From positions 1,237,643 to 1,301,642 of the forward strand of contig CAJFCJ010000014.1 of assembly GCA_904063045.1 (NCBI GenBank): 64,000 bases of DNA, read 5' to 3'. Source of the DNA: Dimorphilus gyrociliatus (lineage: Eukaryota > Animalia > Annelida). Positions 40,147-51,700 of the stretch are shown here, piece after piece; position 1 is the stretch's first letter; each line of letters opens with the position of its first letter. The translations under genes were made by a program, and so were the position numbers. The notes under the pieces were generated by a model, which saw nothing but the letters and a program-made list of their open reading frames with translations, made no database searches and was not told the origin of the DNA.

Positions 40147-41400
40147 ATGTGTGAGAATTTCGACATGTTCGACATGAAAGATATTAGTTACGAAGTTTAT
40201 AAGGTTGGTTCAAATATTATGGAAGTTGACCTAGAAGAACTGAGGTTGAAGGTATTCGAAGCCAACCATCCTGTAATAGAAATACCATTAATTTTTCAAA
40301 ATTTTCCTGCTATAGATAAACCTCTAAATCCTTTTCTAAACGTTCACGATCACATTATGATTAAAACATGTTTAGAACCAATTTTCCTCAATATATTATC
40401 CAATTCGAAATTTAGAGAAAAGAGATTTTACAATACACTTAAAGAACTGTACGAAAATGATAATTCACTTAATAAATATGTTACAAGGAGGAAATTAGGA
40501 AGATTTTGTACAGCTCAAGAATATTTCATAAAATATAGAATACTTATGGCAAAAAAATACTTTGAGGAATCATTTTTCGGTTGCGGAAATTCTAAAAATG
40601 TATTTTTAGAATACTTAACGGAAGAAATAAAGAATGATAAGAATTGGGATAAAGTTGAAGAGATACTAATTCCAATTGTTAATCCATATACAACTTTGAC
40701 AAAATCCGTCAGATTAAATGGTATTAACGCTAAACAATATTTCGCTATTCAATACCGAATAATGCATATTATCACAAGACTTATTGAAGATTCTAATCAA
40801 CCATTAGAAGATATTATAAATATAGGATTTTTTGATATTAAGTATAAAGTTTGTTTCAATACAACTGAAATAGTTACATCTATTATCGGTCAATCTGAAA
40901 TAAATCCATTGGCAACCTATAATACTGTATATTTAGGTTCATATAACGAAATTTCAAAGGCATTTCAAACTACAGGATATCATAATAATTACGAAACTAA
41001 CTTGATAATGGAAATGATTATTTTCAGTGCAACTGGAATTCCCATCGATCCTGAAGATATTTTAATATCAAGTTATCCTTGCAAATATACAGAAACATTA
41101 AATGAAATATCTTTTATAGTTTTGTTTGAACAAATCTCGATATGGCTTACAAATTCTGACTTAAGTAATGACTTACGTTTGCCTATAGCTCATGCAAAAT
41201 GTATTCTTCTATTGGAAACTGGTTATCTACAACTAGAAGAAGTCTTTAAAAAGAATTCACTCTACGGTATTTTCTCTAAAGGTGACATCAGAAATAGGAA
41301 TGATAGTATTAAACGTACAATAAAGAGGATAGAAGAGGTTTTCTCTAATAAAATGGGTCATATTACCGACGAAGCAGTACTTGAAAGAGTTTACGGATAA
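40147..41400 (+). CDS. Orphan family member A (417 aa, intronless)
   Basis: Long ORF in AT-rich DNA. Shares GINAKQYFAIQYRI, IFSATG, PIAHAK and the terminal TDEAVLERVYG with the neighbouring ORFs. Confidence 0.8.
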   Translation: MCENFDMFDMKDISYEVYKVGSNIMEVDLEELRLKVFEANHPVIEIPLIFQNFPAIDKPLNPFLNVHDHIMIKTCLEPIFLNILSNSKFREKRFYNTLKELYENDNSLNKYVTRRKLGRFCTAQEYFIKYRILMAKKYFEESFFGCGNSKNVFLEYLTEEIKNDKNWDKVEEILIPIVNPYTTLTKSVRLNGINAKQYFAIQYRIMHIITRLIEDSNQPLEDIINIGFFDIKYKVCFNTTEIVTSIIGQSEINPLATYNTVYLGSYNEISKAFQTTGYHNNYETNLIMEMIIFSATGIPIDPEDILISSYPCKYTETLNEISFIVLFEQISIWLTNSDLSNDLRLPIAHAKCILLLETGYLQLEEVFKKNSLYGIFSKGDIRNRNDSIKRTIKRIEEVFSNKMGHITDEAVLERVYG

Positions 41401-41756
41401 GATCAAACAAACAATTAGCTGACAATAAAATATTTAATTAATATCAGAAAAGATAAATGAATAAAAAACGCTTTTCGTTTATTATAATATAGTCTTTGTA
41501 ACAAACTATAGTCTTTAAATTCAATAGCTACAATCAGTAGTTATAAGGCAAATCAAAGGCATTGTCTAAATCTATGGTTATTCTAATTTTAGTATCCATT
41601 TTGAATCTGATGAATATTGATGATTTATTTTTAGGCCTACAAATTATATTTTGACGAGATATCAACATTAAAACAGTTTCGAGTGTAATATATAATAAGA
41701 CAAGTTAAATTGTACTGATTGTTGAATTAAAAAGCTTTTTTTAAACGATTAAAGTT

Positions 41757-42689
41757 TTATTCGCCAAATACTTTTTCCATATCTTGAATTTGTTGTTGTT
41801 TATCGTCCTTTTTACCATTTAAAACTCTTTTAATATACTTTTTATTAATCTTTTTCATTTTTGCCATAACTAGACAACTTTTACTTTCTTTATCCTTGTT
41901 ATATTTTATCAATGATTTTGATTTCTTATTCCAATTTCTCCATAAATTTTCACCTGTAAATATTCCGTATTTTGAATTTGGAGCAAAGACATCTTTCATT
42001 CTTAACACACCTAATTTAATTAGGATCATCGATCGAGCATGAGCAACTGCAAGAGGTTGATTATAATTTTCGTGTTCTGGTAGAAACCATTGAGGTATTT
42101 CCTTAAAGAAAATCTTAAAGCATATTCTATTGATCTTATCCGTTAGATTTATTAACTTTTCTTCATCGTAGCCAATGCAGATTTTGTTGAGATCTTCTCT
42201 AGAGATTTCTATACCCGTTCTACTAAAGTCTATAAAGTGGCAAACAAGCTTTTGTTCCGTCGATTTATTGTCCTTTGTTATTTCTTTGATTGTTTTAAAT
42301 ATATCGCTATAATCTGCAACGTCTTCAATTAGACAAGAACCTTTTCTATCAGATTCCGAAGTTGTTTTTTGCTGGAATGTTATGCTTGTTGTACCAAATG
42401 TAATCGTTGTGGGTTTAGTATACATCATATTAAGGCTACTCTCCTTATAAGGTAGTACGATGAAATTAGGACAAAGAGTTCTTTTCATCCTCGCATCAAA
42501 GTTTTCCAATAAAACTTTCATCTCGAATGCAAAATATTTCCTGGCGTTGCATCCTCTCAAACTGATAATTCCTTGTAAATATGGTTCATTCGTTTGATTC
42601 CTAATATATAGAAACGATTTCCATATTTTATCGTCATCTTCGTTAAAGTTTCCCAATGGACATTTAACAAATTCAATAACCACTGACAT
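41757..42689 (-). CDS. Orphan family member B (310 aa, intronless)
   Basis: GCNARKYFAFE, DFSRTG, and PLAVAHAR...GVLRMKDVFAPNSKYGIF align with member A (PIAHAK...GYLQLEEVFKKNSLYGIF). Confidence 0.75.
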   Translation of the reverse strand: MSVVIEFVKCPLGNFNEDDDKIWKSFLYIRNQTNEPYLQGIISLRGCNARKYFAFEMKVLLENFDARMKRTLCPNFIVLPYKESSLNMMYTKPTTITFGTTSITFQQKTTSESDRKGSCLIEDVADYSDIFKTIKEITKDNKSTEQKLVCHFIDFSRTGIEISREDLNKICIGYDEEKLINLTDKINRICFKIFFKEIPQWFLPEHENYNQPLAVAHARSMILIKLGVLRMKDVFAPNSKYGIFTGENLWRNWNKKSKSLIKYNKDKESKSCLVMAKMKKINKKYIKRVLNGKKDDKQQQIQDMEKVFGE

Positions 42690-43516
42690 TATCCCCGTTC
42701 AAATCTATTAATCTATTAACTGAGTAAAATAAATTTCTATCTTTATGATAGAAAAATAAATAGAGCGTATCTGATAATAAGAGTTGTAAATACAAGTGTT
42801 TTTTCATTATCTTGCAATGGAATGCTATTATTATTAGTATTAATATCTTTACTAAAAGAGAGTAAAATTGATTCTAGAATTATGTTTATTGTTAGTTTCT
42901 TTTATATTTTATCTTATCATATCAACTATTTATCTATCTTTTTTTATATTCTGTAAAATTAAGGTGTTTGTCAAAATAAAAACAATAAATTTACAACTAG
43001 ATTTATTCAAAGGTGTTTCTTACTATATAATATATTCCAATATATTTTGTAATAGCATATAGAGTCATAGTAAGTGATACCTTTAGATATTATCTTTTAA
43101 GCCTTTTGTTAAAGTAGTGTATTGCATAAATATACATATTCACAGGCTCTACTCAGCAAACAAAACAATAGAATATTTAAATGTCAAGGATATTCTATAA
43201 ATACTTTAGGCTTTTAGACAAAAATTATACCATTATGTTAAATACTACAAACTCAACATTCATGCTTAATTAACGAAAATAAAGTACAACGAAAATTCCT
43301 TTTATATTTGTCATAGTTGCTTTTTTTTACTGACTGAAAAGTATAGAACAAGTACTGATATTGATTATTCAATATACAGTATATACAGTATATATATATA
43401 TATATTTATATTGAACTGTTTAATATTGTTAAATAAACTATTCGAAAATAGGTTGAACATCTAACATATTACTTGTTTTCTCTTGATAAATACTTCATAA
43501 AAACCCCTCATAAATA

Positions 43517-44628
43517 ATGGTAATTATACTATATTCTACAATAATCATAACAATATTGATACATTTCTTTTACAGGATGTATCTACAAAGAAATCTTATA
43601 GTATCGAATCTTATGTGCAAGATCATATTAAACCAATCGAAAGGGATATCATTGGAAAAGACAAAATTAATTTAACAGATATCGCAACAAGTTTCAGCTA
43701 TCATTTTCAATCTAAAGATTGCTTTGTTGGAAACGAAGAGAATATTGGTAAACATCTACAATCAATTTTCTTTCGAATATTACAAAATCGTAAACTTTAT
43801 GAGGAAATTAAGAAGGAAGATATTCAATTTGATAAATGGAAAAAATTCTGTCAAGCTTACGAATATTTCCTTAAATATCGTATTAAACTTGCCAAATATG
43901 ATTTTAATACCATATTTATTAAAAAACAAACAAATGATACATTCCTTAATTATTTAAAACCTGATATTATTGGAGATAAACACTGGGATAAATTAGAAGT
44001 GTTATTATTGCAAAAGATTAATCCAAACTATTCAAAATTGTTCAATTTTATTGGTATGAATGCAAAGATATATTTCGCAATAGAATATCGAATTATGTAC
44101 ATTTTAAGAAGAATTTTAGAAGATGCTCAAGTAATTCCGCAAACTTATATTGAGTTTCAAGATCAGTCCGAGTACGATTATCATTTTATCCTTTTAAATC
44201 ATGATTATGAAATTAGATACGGAAATGCAAAGACTGGTTTTTCCGTGGGGAATATAAGACCGCATACCGCTTGTCTCGATCCAACAACTCCAAAACAATT
44301 TATAAAATTCAGTTCATCAGGAGTAGTTGATAGCATCACTGAAGAAGATATGGCCTGCTTTAAGGTATTATTTGAGAATGTTTCCAAACGAGTTTTTGGT
44401 AAAAATCGTAAATTTGCAACAAACATACCTATATTCTACGCAAAGCATCTGTTACTCAAATATCATAGTTCTTCGGAGAAAATTCAAGAGCATTCGAATC
44501 TTATCTTTCGAACAACCTTGATTAACGCCCTACGCTTAGGAGCAGCTTCTGAAGCTGATTTTGCGATAAACTTAAAAGGAAGAAATCTAACTGATGAAGA
44601 TGTTTTAAAGTTAGTTTACGGCCGTTAA
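43517..44628 (+). CDS. Orphan family member C (~351 aa)
   Basis: Probable ATG-only first exon (43517-43519, GT at 43520) spliced to 43576. Contains WDKLEVLLLQKINP, GMNAKIYFAIEYRIMYILRRILEDAQVI, KFSSSG and LTDEDVLKLVYG. Confidence 0.8.
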
Positions 44629-45199
44629 AAAAGACACAAATAACTAATTTTCTTTGAATGGCATCAATGTTGAATAATTAATTATAAATGATTATATATA
44701 AACTGTAGCAATTGCTTGCGTTCCGCAAAAGTTTACTGTATTATTATAATACATCTTATTATCGGTAGTTCTATATTATTTAGATTAGATTACTGAAAGA
44801 AAAGAAATTACACATTGTTCAGAGATGGATGCAATAAAAGAGTCTTGAATAAGAAGAATACTAACTGTTCAATAATTTAAAATGACTTTTATATTCTTAT
44901 AATACATTCTTTCAATTTTCAAAAGTCTCTATTAAACCTGATCTTTGGATATTTGATATTTTTATTTGTCTTCTTCGATTCATTTCCTCCTCCCTGTCTG
45001 ACCCTTTCTCCAGGCACAAAATTCTTATCTACGTTTGTTTTTTGCGTATAATTACGGTATAAGCCTATTTATGAGACGAAAGTCAAGTGTAATTATATTA
45101 TAATCACATTATCTGTCTATTTTTCATACAGGTAAGATAGAAATTGGTTAGTTCCGTACAGTCAAGCAACTATTGCGTTTATTACATTAAAATACAAAG

Positions 45200-46231
45200 A
45201 TGGACTGGAATTCTATGCTGTCTTGCGCTCAAGAGATTAATAAAGAATTCACAGAAAGTTTTGAATTAACTATAAAAAGTATTATTTTTAATTTTAATCG
45301 ATTGCCTTTGGAAGCTCTTTCTGAAGATTATAGATATATAATAGGAAAGAAACTGTCACCTACATTTTATCGCCTGTTACAAAATCAAAAACTCTACGAT
45401 GTTATAAAATCGCTACAACATGCTCCTAGTATAAAAGAAGATGTAACAGGATTCTTTACGGCTTACGAATGCTTCTTTGCGTATCGTATTCAACTCGCTA
45501 AGCAAGAGTTTGAATCAAAAGTTTCTAAACTGGAAACTTCCGATCCTTTCCTAAAATATTTGAGACCGACAATCATATGTGATGATCATTGGGATAAGGT
45601 TAATGGACTATTATTACAAAAAATTAATCCTTATTATACGAATTCATTCGATTTTAATGGTATGACTGCAAAGATTTATTTTGCAGTAGAATATCGAATT
45701 ATGTATATAATTAGAAGAATTTTCGAAGATGCTCAAGTGATAGAAAAATCAAAAATACAATTCGAAGATACCTCAGATACAGATTATAGCGTTGTGTTTA
45801 CTAATCCCAATTACCAAGTAAATTATAGTTATTTAGATAATCCATTAAAAAGAAAAAATGTTAGAAATAGCACAATAGGAAGGGAACGTGAATCTAAATT
45901 AATAATAACGTTCAGTTCCGCTGGAATTCTTTCTACAAGAACTGATTACGATTGCGTAAGTTTTCTGATAATGTTTGAAACGATTGCAAATTGGGTATTT
46001 GGTAAACAACGAAAATATGCTCAATCTATTCCTTTAACATTTGCAAAGCATTTCTTAATGGAATATCAAACTGAAGAAAAGAAAACTTTAGGTTGGTCTT
46101 TTGAAAATCTAATATACGATTTAGGTGTAACTATACGTGCTGGAGTTGATATTCGTACTAAATTCTTAATTCATTCAAAAATTAAACATCTAGATGATCA
46201 AGAAATCCTTAAACTTGTCTATGGACTTTAA
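45200..46231 (+). CDS. Orphan family member D (343 aa, intronless)
   Basis: Closest to member C: WDKVNGLLLQKINP, GMTAKIYFAVEYRIMYIIRRIFEDAQVI, TFSSAG, LDDQEILKLVYG. Confidence 0.8.
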   Translation: MDWNSMLSCAQEINKEFTESFELTIKSIIFNFNRLPLEALSEDYRYIIGKKLSPTFYRLLQNQKLYDVIKSLQHAPSIKEDVTGFFTAYECFFAYRIQLAKQEFESKVSKLETSDPFLKYLRPTIICDDHWDKVNGLLLQKINPYYTNSFDFNGMTAKIYFAVEYRIMYIIRRIFEDAQVIEKSKIQFEDTSDTDYSVVFTNPNYQVNYSYLDNPLKRKNVRNSTIGRERESKLIITFSSAGILSTRTDYDCVSFLIMFETIANWVFGKQRKYAQSIPLTFAKHFLMEYQTEEKKTLGWSFENLIYDLGVTIRAGVDIRTKFLIHSKIKHLDDQEILKLVYGL

Positions 46232-46552
46232 ATTTTCTTCTATCATAAAGAGAATCCATATTGGAAAGCAAGCTGTCTAATGTTCACTATTTAATTCTTT
46301 AATGATATTTGTAGATAATGAAACTTTAACTGTTAATCCTTCTAATTGAAAATATCACTGAATAAACGAATGGGTTGTTTATCAAATACAATTATTAAAT
46401 ATTTATTGGTGACAAACTTCAATAATTTGCAGGCAAGGAAAAAATTGAAACATCTAATTGGAAAATATTTCAACTTATTTTCCAGTAACAAACACTTTAG
46501 TTAAATTTCTCTACTAATAAAGAAACAAATATATCAACGTTTTTCAAGACTC

Positions 46553-48715
46553 TTATTCTACTTCCGAAACATCACTACTGCCAGATCTTCTCTTTCTCCA
46601 AACATAATACCAAGTTAACCCAGCGAAACCAATAGCTATTGCTCCAGTAACTGCAATAGTTATTCCAATAGCAGCTTGCAGTCTACTCTGCCTTAAGCTC
46701 GATGTTTGTGGTTTATTCTTAGAATCTATTAGACTGCTATTTTTAAATATTACATGTGGGGAAGAACTGTCAGTTACATTCTCTTCATTATTCTTTATAG
46801 CTGCTTCTGCTGTAGTTTCAGCTTCTGCTGCAGAACTTACTTCAGCAGAACCTTTTCCAGTAGCCACTTCATTTTCCGCAGCTGGTGTATTTTCTGCCAA
46901 AGTTTCTGCAGTAGCTTCAGCTTCTGCTGCAGAACTTACTCCAGCAGAACCTTTTCCAGTAGCTACTTCATTTTCCGCGGCTGGTGTATTTTCTGCCAAA
47001 GTTTCTGCAGTAGCTTCAGCTTCTGCTGCAGAACTTACTTCAGCAGAACCTTTTCCAGTAGCTACTTCATTTTCCGCAGCTGGTGTATTCTCTGCCAAAG
47101 TTTCTGCAGTAGCTTCAGCTTCTGCTGCAGAACTTACTTCAGCAGAACCTTTTCCAGTAGCTACTTCATTTTCCGCAGCTGGCGTATTTTCTGCCAAAGT
47201 TTCTGCAGTAGCTTCAGCTTCTGCTGCAGAACTTACTTCAGCAGAACCTTTTCCAGTAGCCACTTCATTTTCCGCAGCTGGTGTATTTTCTGCCAAAGTT
47301 TCTGCAGTAGCTTCAGCTTCTGCTGCAGAACTTACTTCAGCAGAACCTTTTCCAGTAGCCACTTCATTTTCCGCGGCTGGCGTATTTTCTGCCAAAGTTT
47401 CTGCAGTAGCTTCAGCTTCTGCTGCAGAACTTACTTCAGCAGAACCTTTTCCAGTAGCTACTTCATTTTCCGCGGCTGGCGTATTTTCTGCCAAAGTTTC
47501 TGCAGTAGCTTCAGCTTCTGCTGCAGAACTTACTTCAGCAGAACCTTTTCCAGTAGCCACTTCATTTTCCGCGGCTGGCGTATTTTCTGCCAAAGTTTCT
47601 GCAGTAGCTTCAGCTTCTGCAGCAGAACTTACTTCAGCAGAACCTTTTCCAGTAGCTACTTCATTTTCCGCAGCTGGTGTATTTTCTGCCAAAGTTTCTG
47701 CAGTAGCTTCAGCTTCTGATGCAGAACTTACTTCAGCAGAACTTTTCTCAACAGCTGCTGTATTTTCCGCGGCTGGCGTATTCTCTGCAAAACTTTCTGC
47801 AGTTGTTTCTGCATCCACATCGGGAGTAATTTCTTCGAAATCTTCCTCAGTTGTTTCTGTGCTTGCTTTAGGAGTATCGGTTGTGCTTTCAGTTCCTTTG
47901 GGGTAAATAGTTATATCTTTCCACGGTCTGAAGGTATTTTTTATGGGGCCTGTTAGTGCATCGCTATCAATTCCAGAAGAAGATATAACAGAGTTTTCCA
48001 CAAGGGGATATTCGCAAATATATCCATGCGCAGTTCCAGCGTTTGTAAGAGCATAAAGTTCCACTTCACTTTTTCTGAATACTCTTAAGCTGACATATTT
48101 CAAATCGGAACTTTTAGTTAAAGTATTGGCAAAGATAGGAAGTTTAAACTCATAAAAGTCGTATAATCTCTTATTAGTATCCTGCCAAATCCAATGACTA
48201 TTATTGTAATATAAACCAGTCCAAAAGGATACATAATCTGATTTGATACTGGAAAAAAAGATACCTTATTGGAAAAATAGGATAAACAATAAAAAGGAGA
48301 TATTACGTAATAAATTTTAATTCACTCCTTATTGCATCAATAACTATTTTCAGGGAAGATTGATGGTTAAACGTCGCTACTTTTCCAGAATCTAGAGCAC
48401 ATTTATTCTTTGCCTCGTCGTGAGTTTTTGAAATAAAATTTCGCTACAGAATAAAAAAGAATGATGAATTTTTTTTTTGTATTAGAAAATAGAAAAAGAG
48501 TTACTGGAATTGAATTATCAATGCCTATTTTATATCCGAAACATTTATTTTCTAAGGCAATTTGATTATCTATGCAAGAAAAGTGCGAAGTCTGTTCAAT
48601 ACCATCTATAGCAAAACCTTTTGGGAAAACGAAATAGAATGTAATAACTTATAAAACTTTACTCTTTTTGTTTTTAATAAATACCAAACAAATAAATTAG
48701 AAAAAACATCAACAT
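46553..48715 (-). CDS. Type I membrane protein: C-type lectin-like domain, acidic tandem-repeat stalk, TM and short tail (4 exons)
   Basis: Exons 48715-48685, 48617-48505, 48443-48307, 48248-46553 in phase. Signal peptide MLMFFLIYLFG; CTLD hallmarks NKCF, AKNKC, FWTGL..HWIWQD, GYICEY; TM AAIGITIAVTGAIAIGFAGLTWYYVW followed by RKRR. Confidence 0.8.
46812..47812 (-). repeat. Coding 99-bp tandem repeat (9 near-identical units plus 1 degenerate; 33 aa)
   Basis: CTGCCAAAGTTTCTGCAG recurs at 46894, 46993, 47092 ... 47686 with exact 99-bp spacing. Unit: AEAEATAETLAENTPAAENEVATGKGSAEVSSA. Confidence 0.95.
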
Positions 48716-51700
48716 CGTCAGCTTCTTCTAACTTCCTTAAAATGTATTATTAACAACTAAATGACTACTTGAATTCATATGCTGAGTAGTTTTGTATTGT
48801 TTTTTTAATGTTCAACCTAATTCTAAGTCTAGTTGAGGATCTTTCTCTAACGACATCTAGTGTTTTAACTTTATTAATTTGAATTTTTTTGGTTATCGTT
48901 AAACGAATTATAAATATTAGAATTTAGAATTAGATACTGTTCATAGTCCGGTTTTGTTTTTTTAATAGTTTCATATATTAACTGAAGATGGCGTGCTCGA
49001 TTTGTTAAAAAGTCGTTTTAAGAGAGTATAGATGTTACAACTCTTTCAATTCATAAATTTTTTAGTAGAGTTTGAAAGCAATGGTGACTTTTTGAAAATA
49101 TATGAATGGAATGAGCGAGGGTTGCAAGTAACAATACAAAAATTCCTCTATTATTATATTCAAATTATTGTTCAGAAATAACTCTATCTAGGCCTTTCCA
49201 TATCTAGACATTAAAGCAAAGAAGCCTATTTAAAATTGTCGCAAGTTGAAAGTTCAATAAGCAGAATTTCTATCAATAAATATAAAGTAAAGGGAGTTTC
49301 TTTCCCGAAGAGCTTGTGACAAACTGAACAAAGATGAAAAGTTTCCAAGTAAATATCTTCATTAAGCATTAACTATACATATATATATAAAACATTATAT
49401 TTTCAGGTTTTATTCGTTTGTTTACCTACTTTTTCTTGTTTTTCTATATTTTTTAAATAAATTAACGATTTGAATATAAAAGATATAAAGGAAATTTTAC
49501 CTAAGGGAAGAGTAGTTGAAGGTGACGAAGAGATGAATTACGACAACGAAACTATCTCTTAAACCCAAGTACAATTTAAACTTTGCTCTTCTTATTGAAA
49601 GTCAATAAATATGTCAAAGAGACGACTCTCTTTTCAAATAATTCGATATGCAATGAATATTGAGGGCTGATGAGGGGTGGGACAGAGAAGAAGGGAATAG
49701 GAACAGGGCAACACAGAAACTAGTGACTAATCTAACAATTAATGGAAGTATTCCAAGTAAACGTTGTGCGTGAACTAGCAAATTGAATAGAGAACCATTC
49801 AGGTATTTAGCGAGTTAGTTCAAATAAGAAAAATGATAAAAACGCTCTCCAATACGCGTTTAATTCTATTAATACTTCTTATCATTGTTTAAATTAGATT
49901 TTAATGTATGCTTTAGTAATATAAATAATTTATTTATATAGATTCAATTAATATTATACTCATTCGACAAATAAAATTAATAGAAATAGTCATAAATTTC
50001 ATAAAAGTTCTTCCTATTCTATTATTTTTGAATAAGAATATTATAAATAAGAGTTAAATAAAAGAAAAAACAATCTAAATTTTATTAATTTCCATAAATA
50101 TATATATATATATTTGATATATATATACTCTACAGTGTTTATGACCTTTATCGACCTAGTTACACATAAACCTTTTCTATTTTTTTTCTAACACGTATAC
50201 TTTATACTAACTTTGCAATTATTACTATAAATATCTCTTCATTTCATTATCATTTAATCAGTGAAAGAAGATTCATATATATATATATATATAGATTCCT
50301 CGAATAAATAGAAACTAGTAGTCTTTCATTATCTTCTTTGGCTTTTTTTCATTTTCAAGATTCTCCTCTTCTAAATACGATTTAACCGCCTTCTATTCTT
50401 TCATTACTTCCACTTCTCTTGCCTTTTAATTTATATTCTCAAAGTGCATTAACCTTTAGGCAAAAATATATATCATTTATGATAATATAGTCTAAATCAT
50501 ATAATAAATACAGCAGTTTATAAACTATTAATAGGACTATATTGGTTATAAATTAACTAGTTAAGTAATTAAGTAATTAGTTAAATTTTTATGTAAATAT
50601 ATAGATATTTAATTTATTCTAAACTCTATTTTTTTAAACCTTCTCTTGTTCTTCAAACAATGAAATTGATATTTTTTTAATTGATTTTTTACTTCTATAT
50701 TAAATAAAAGAGAGAAAGAATAGACGAAGAAGAAGAAGAAGAGACTAAAGAAGATTGATTGAGTGAATGAAATGAATATTATCTATTCAATCCTAAAACT
50801 TGAAACTATTAGTTAAGTTACTAAGCATTTAAAAGTTTATTTTATAAGACAAGAATAAATATTACTTAATATTTAAACTGTCATTTAACCTTTAAGACAT
50901 TATTCTATACAACTAAAAAGCTTTAATTCTATTTTTAAATAGGCTTTATTACAATATAGTGTTAAAGTAGATCTTTGTTACATCATCTTTATCTATATAT
51001 TGTATAAGTCCCTTTATTCAACAAAATTCACTTTAAATTTGATAACTAGTAATAAAATATATGATTATAACGTAATAAATGCTGCTTTGGTGATGATATA
51101 CGTAATAATTTAATGGATTAAGATGATAAATTGCGGACAGCTTGTATATATTAATTATTTATCTCATATTTTAGAAATATTTTTCATATTTTTAATTAAT
51201 CTTTTCCACCTTTTTTTCTTTCTATTTCACCTCTCTCTCTCTCTCTTTGTTCTCTTTCCTATCATTAATTTCATTTACTATGCGTAAGTTGCAATTCTTT
51301 ATCATTATCAATTACTGTTCGTTGTTGTATTATCGCAAGATTTTGCACTCGCCAAGGTAGATACTATTGCATATCTTAATTAGGAAGGGAAATATTACGT
51401 AGATTTCTATTTTTTAAAAGCTTAGATTGATTTATCTAAAGAATTTCTATTTATAGTTTTTTAAGGAATTTTATGCTTCTCTCTCTCTCTCTCTCTCGCT
51501 CTCGTCAATAATTTTATACCCCAAAGCTAAGATTATCGTTTAAATATATTCAATAGTCTAACGTAATTTGAATAATTATTCAATAGTCTTAAAAATAGGT
51601 CTATTTACTTGTACCGGTAAAAAATAGTTGCCTTGTAATAAAAAAAAGAGAAAAAACAAGAATTATTATTATTAATTAAAGAAGGAAATTACATAATACT

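Noticed and set aside
46754-47719. 321-aa Cys/Phe/Ser-rich ORF on the + strand
   Set aside because: Antisense shadow of the 99-bp coding repeat; the repeat unit simply lacks stops in that frame.
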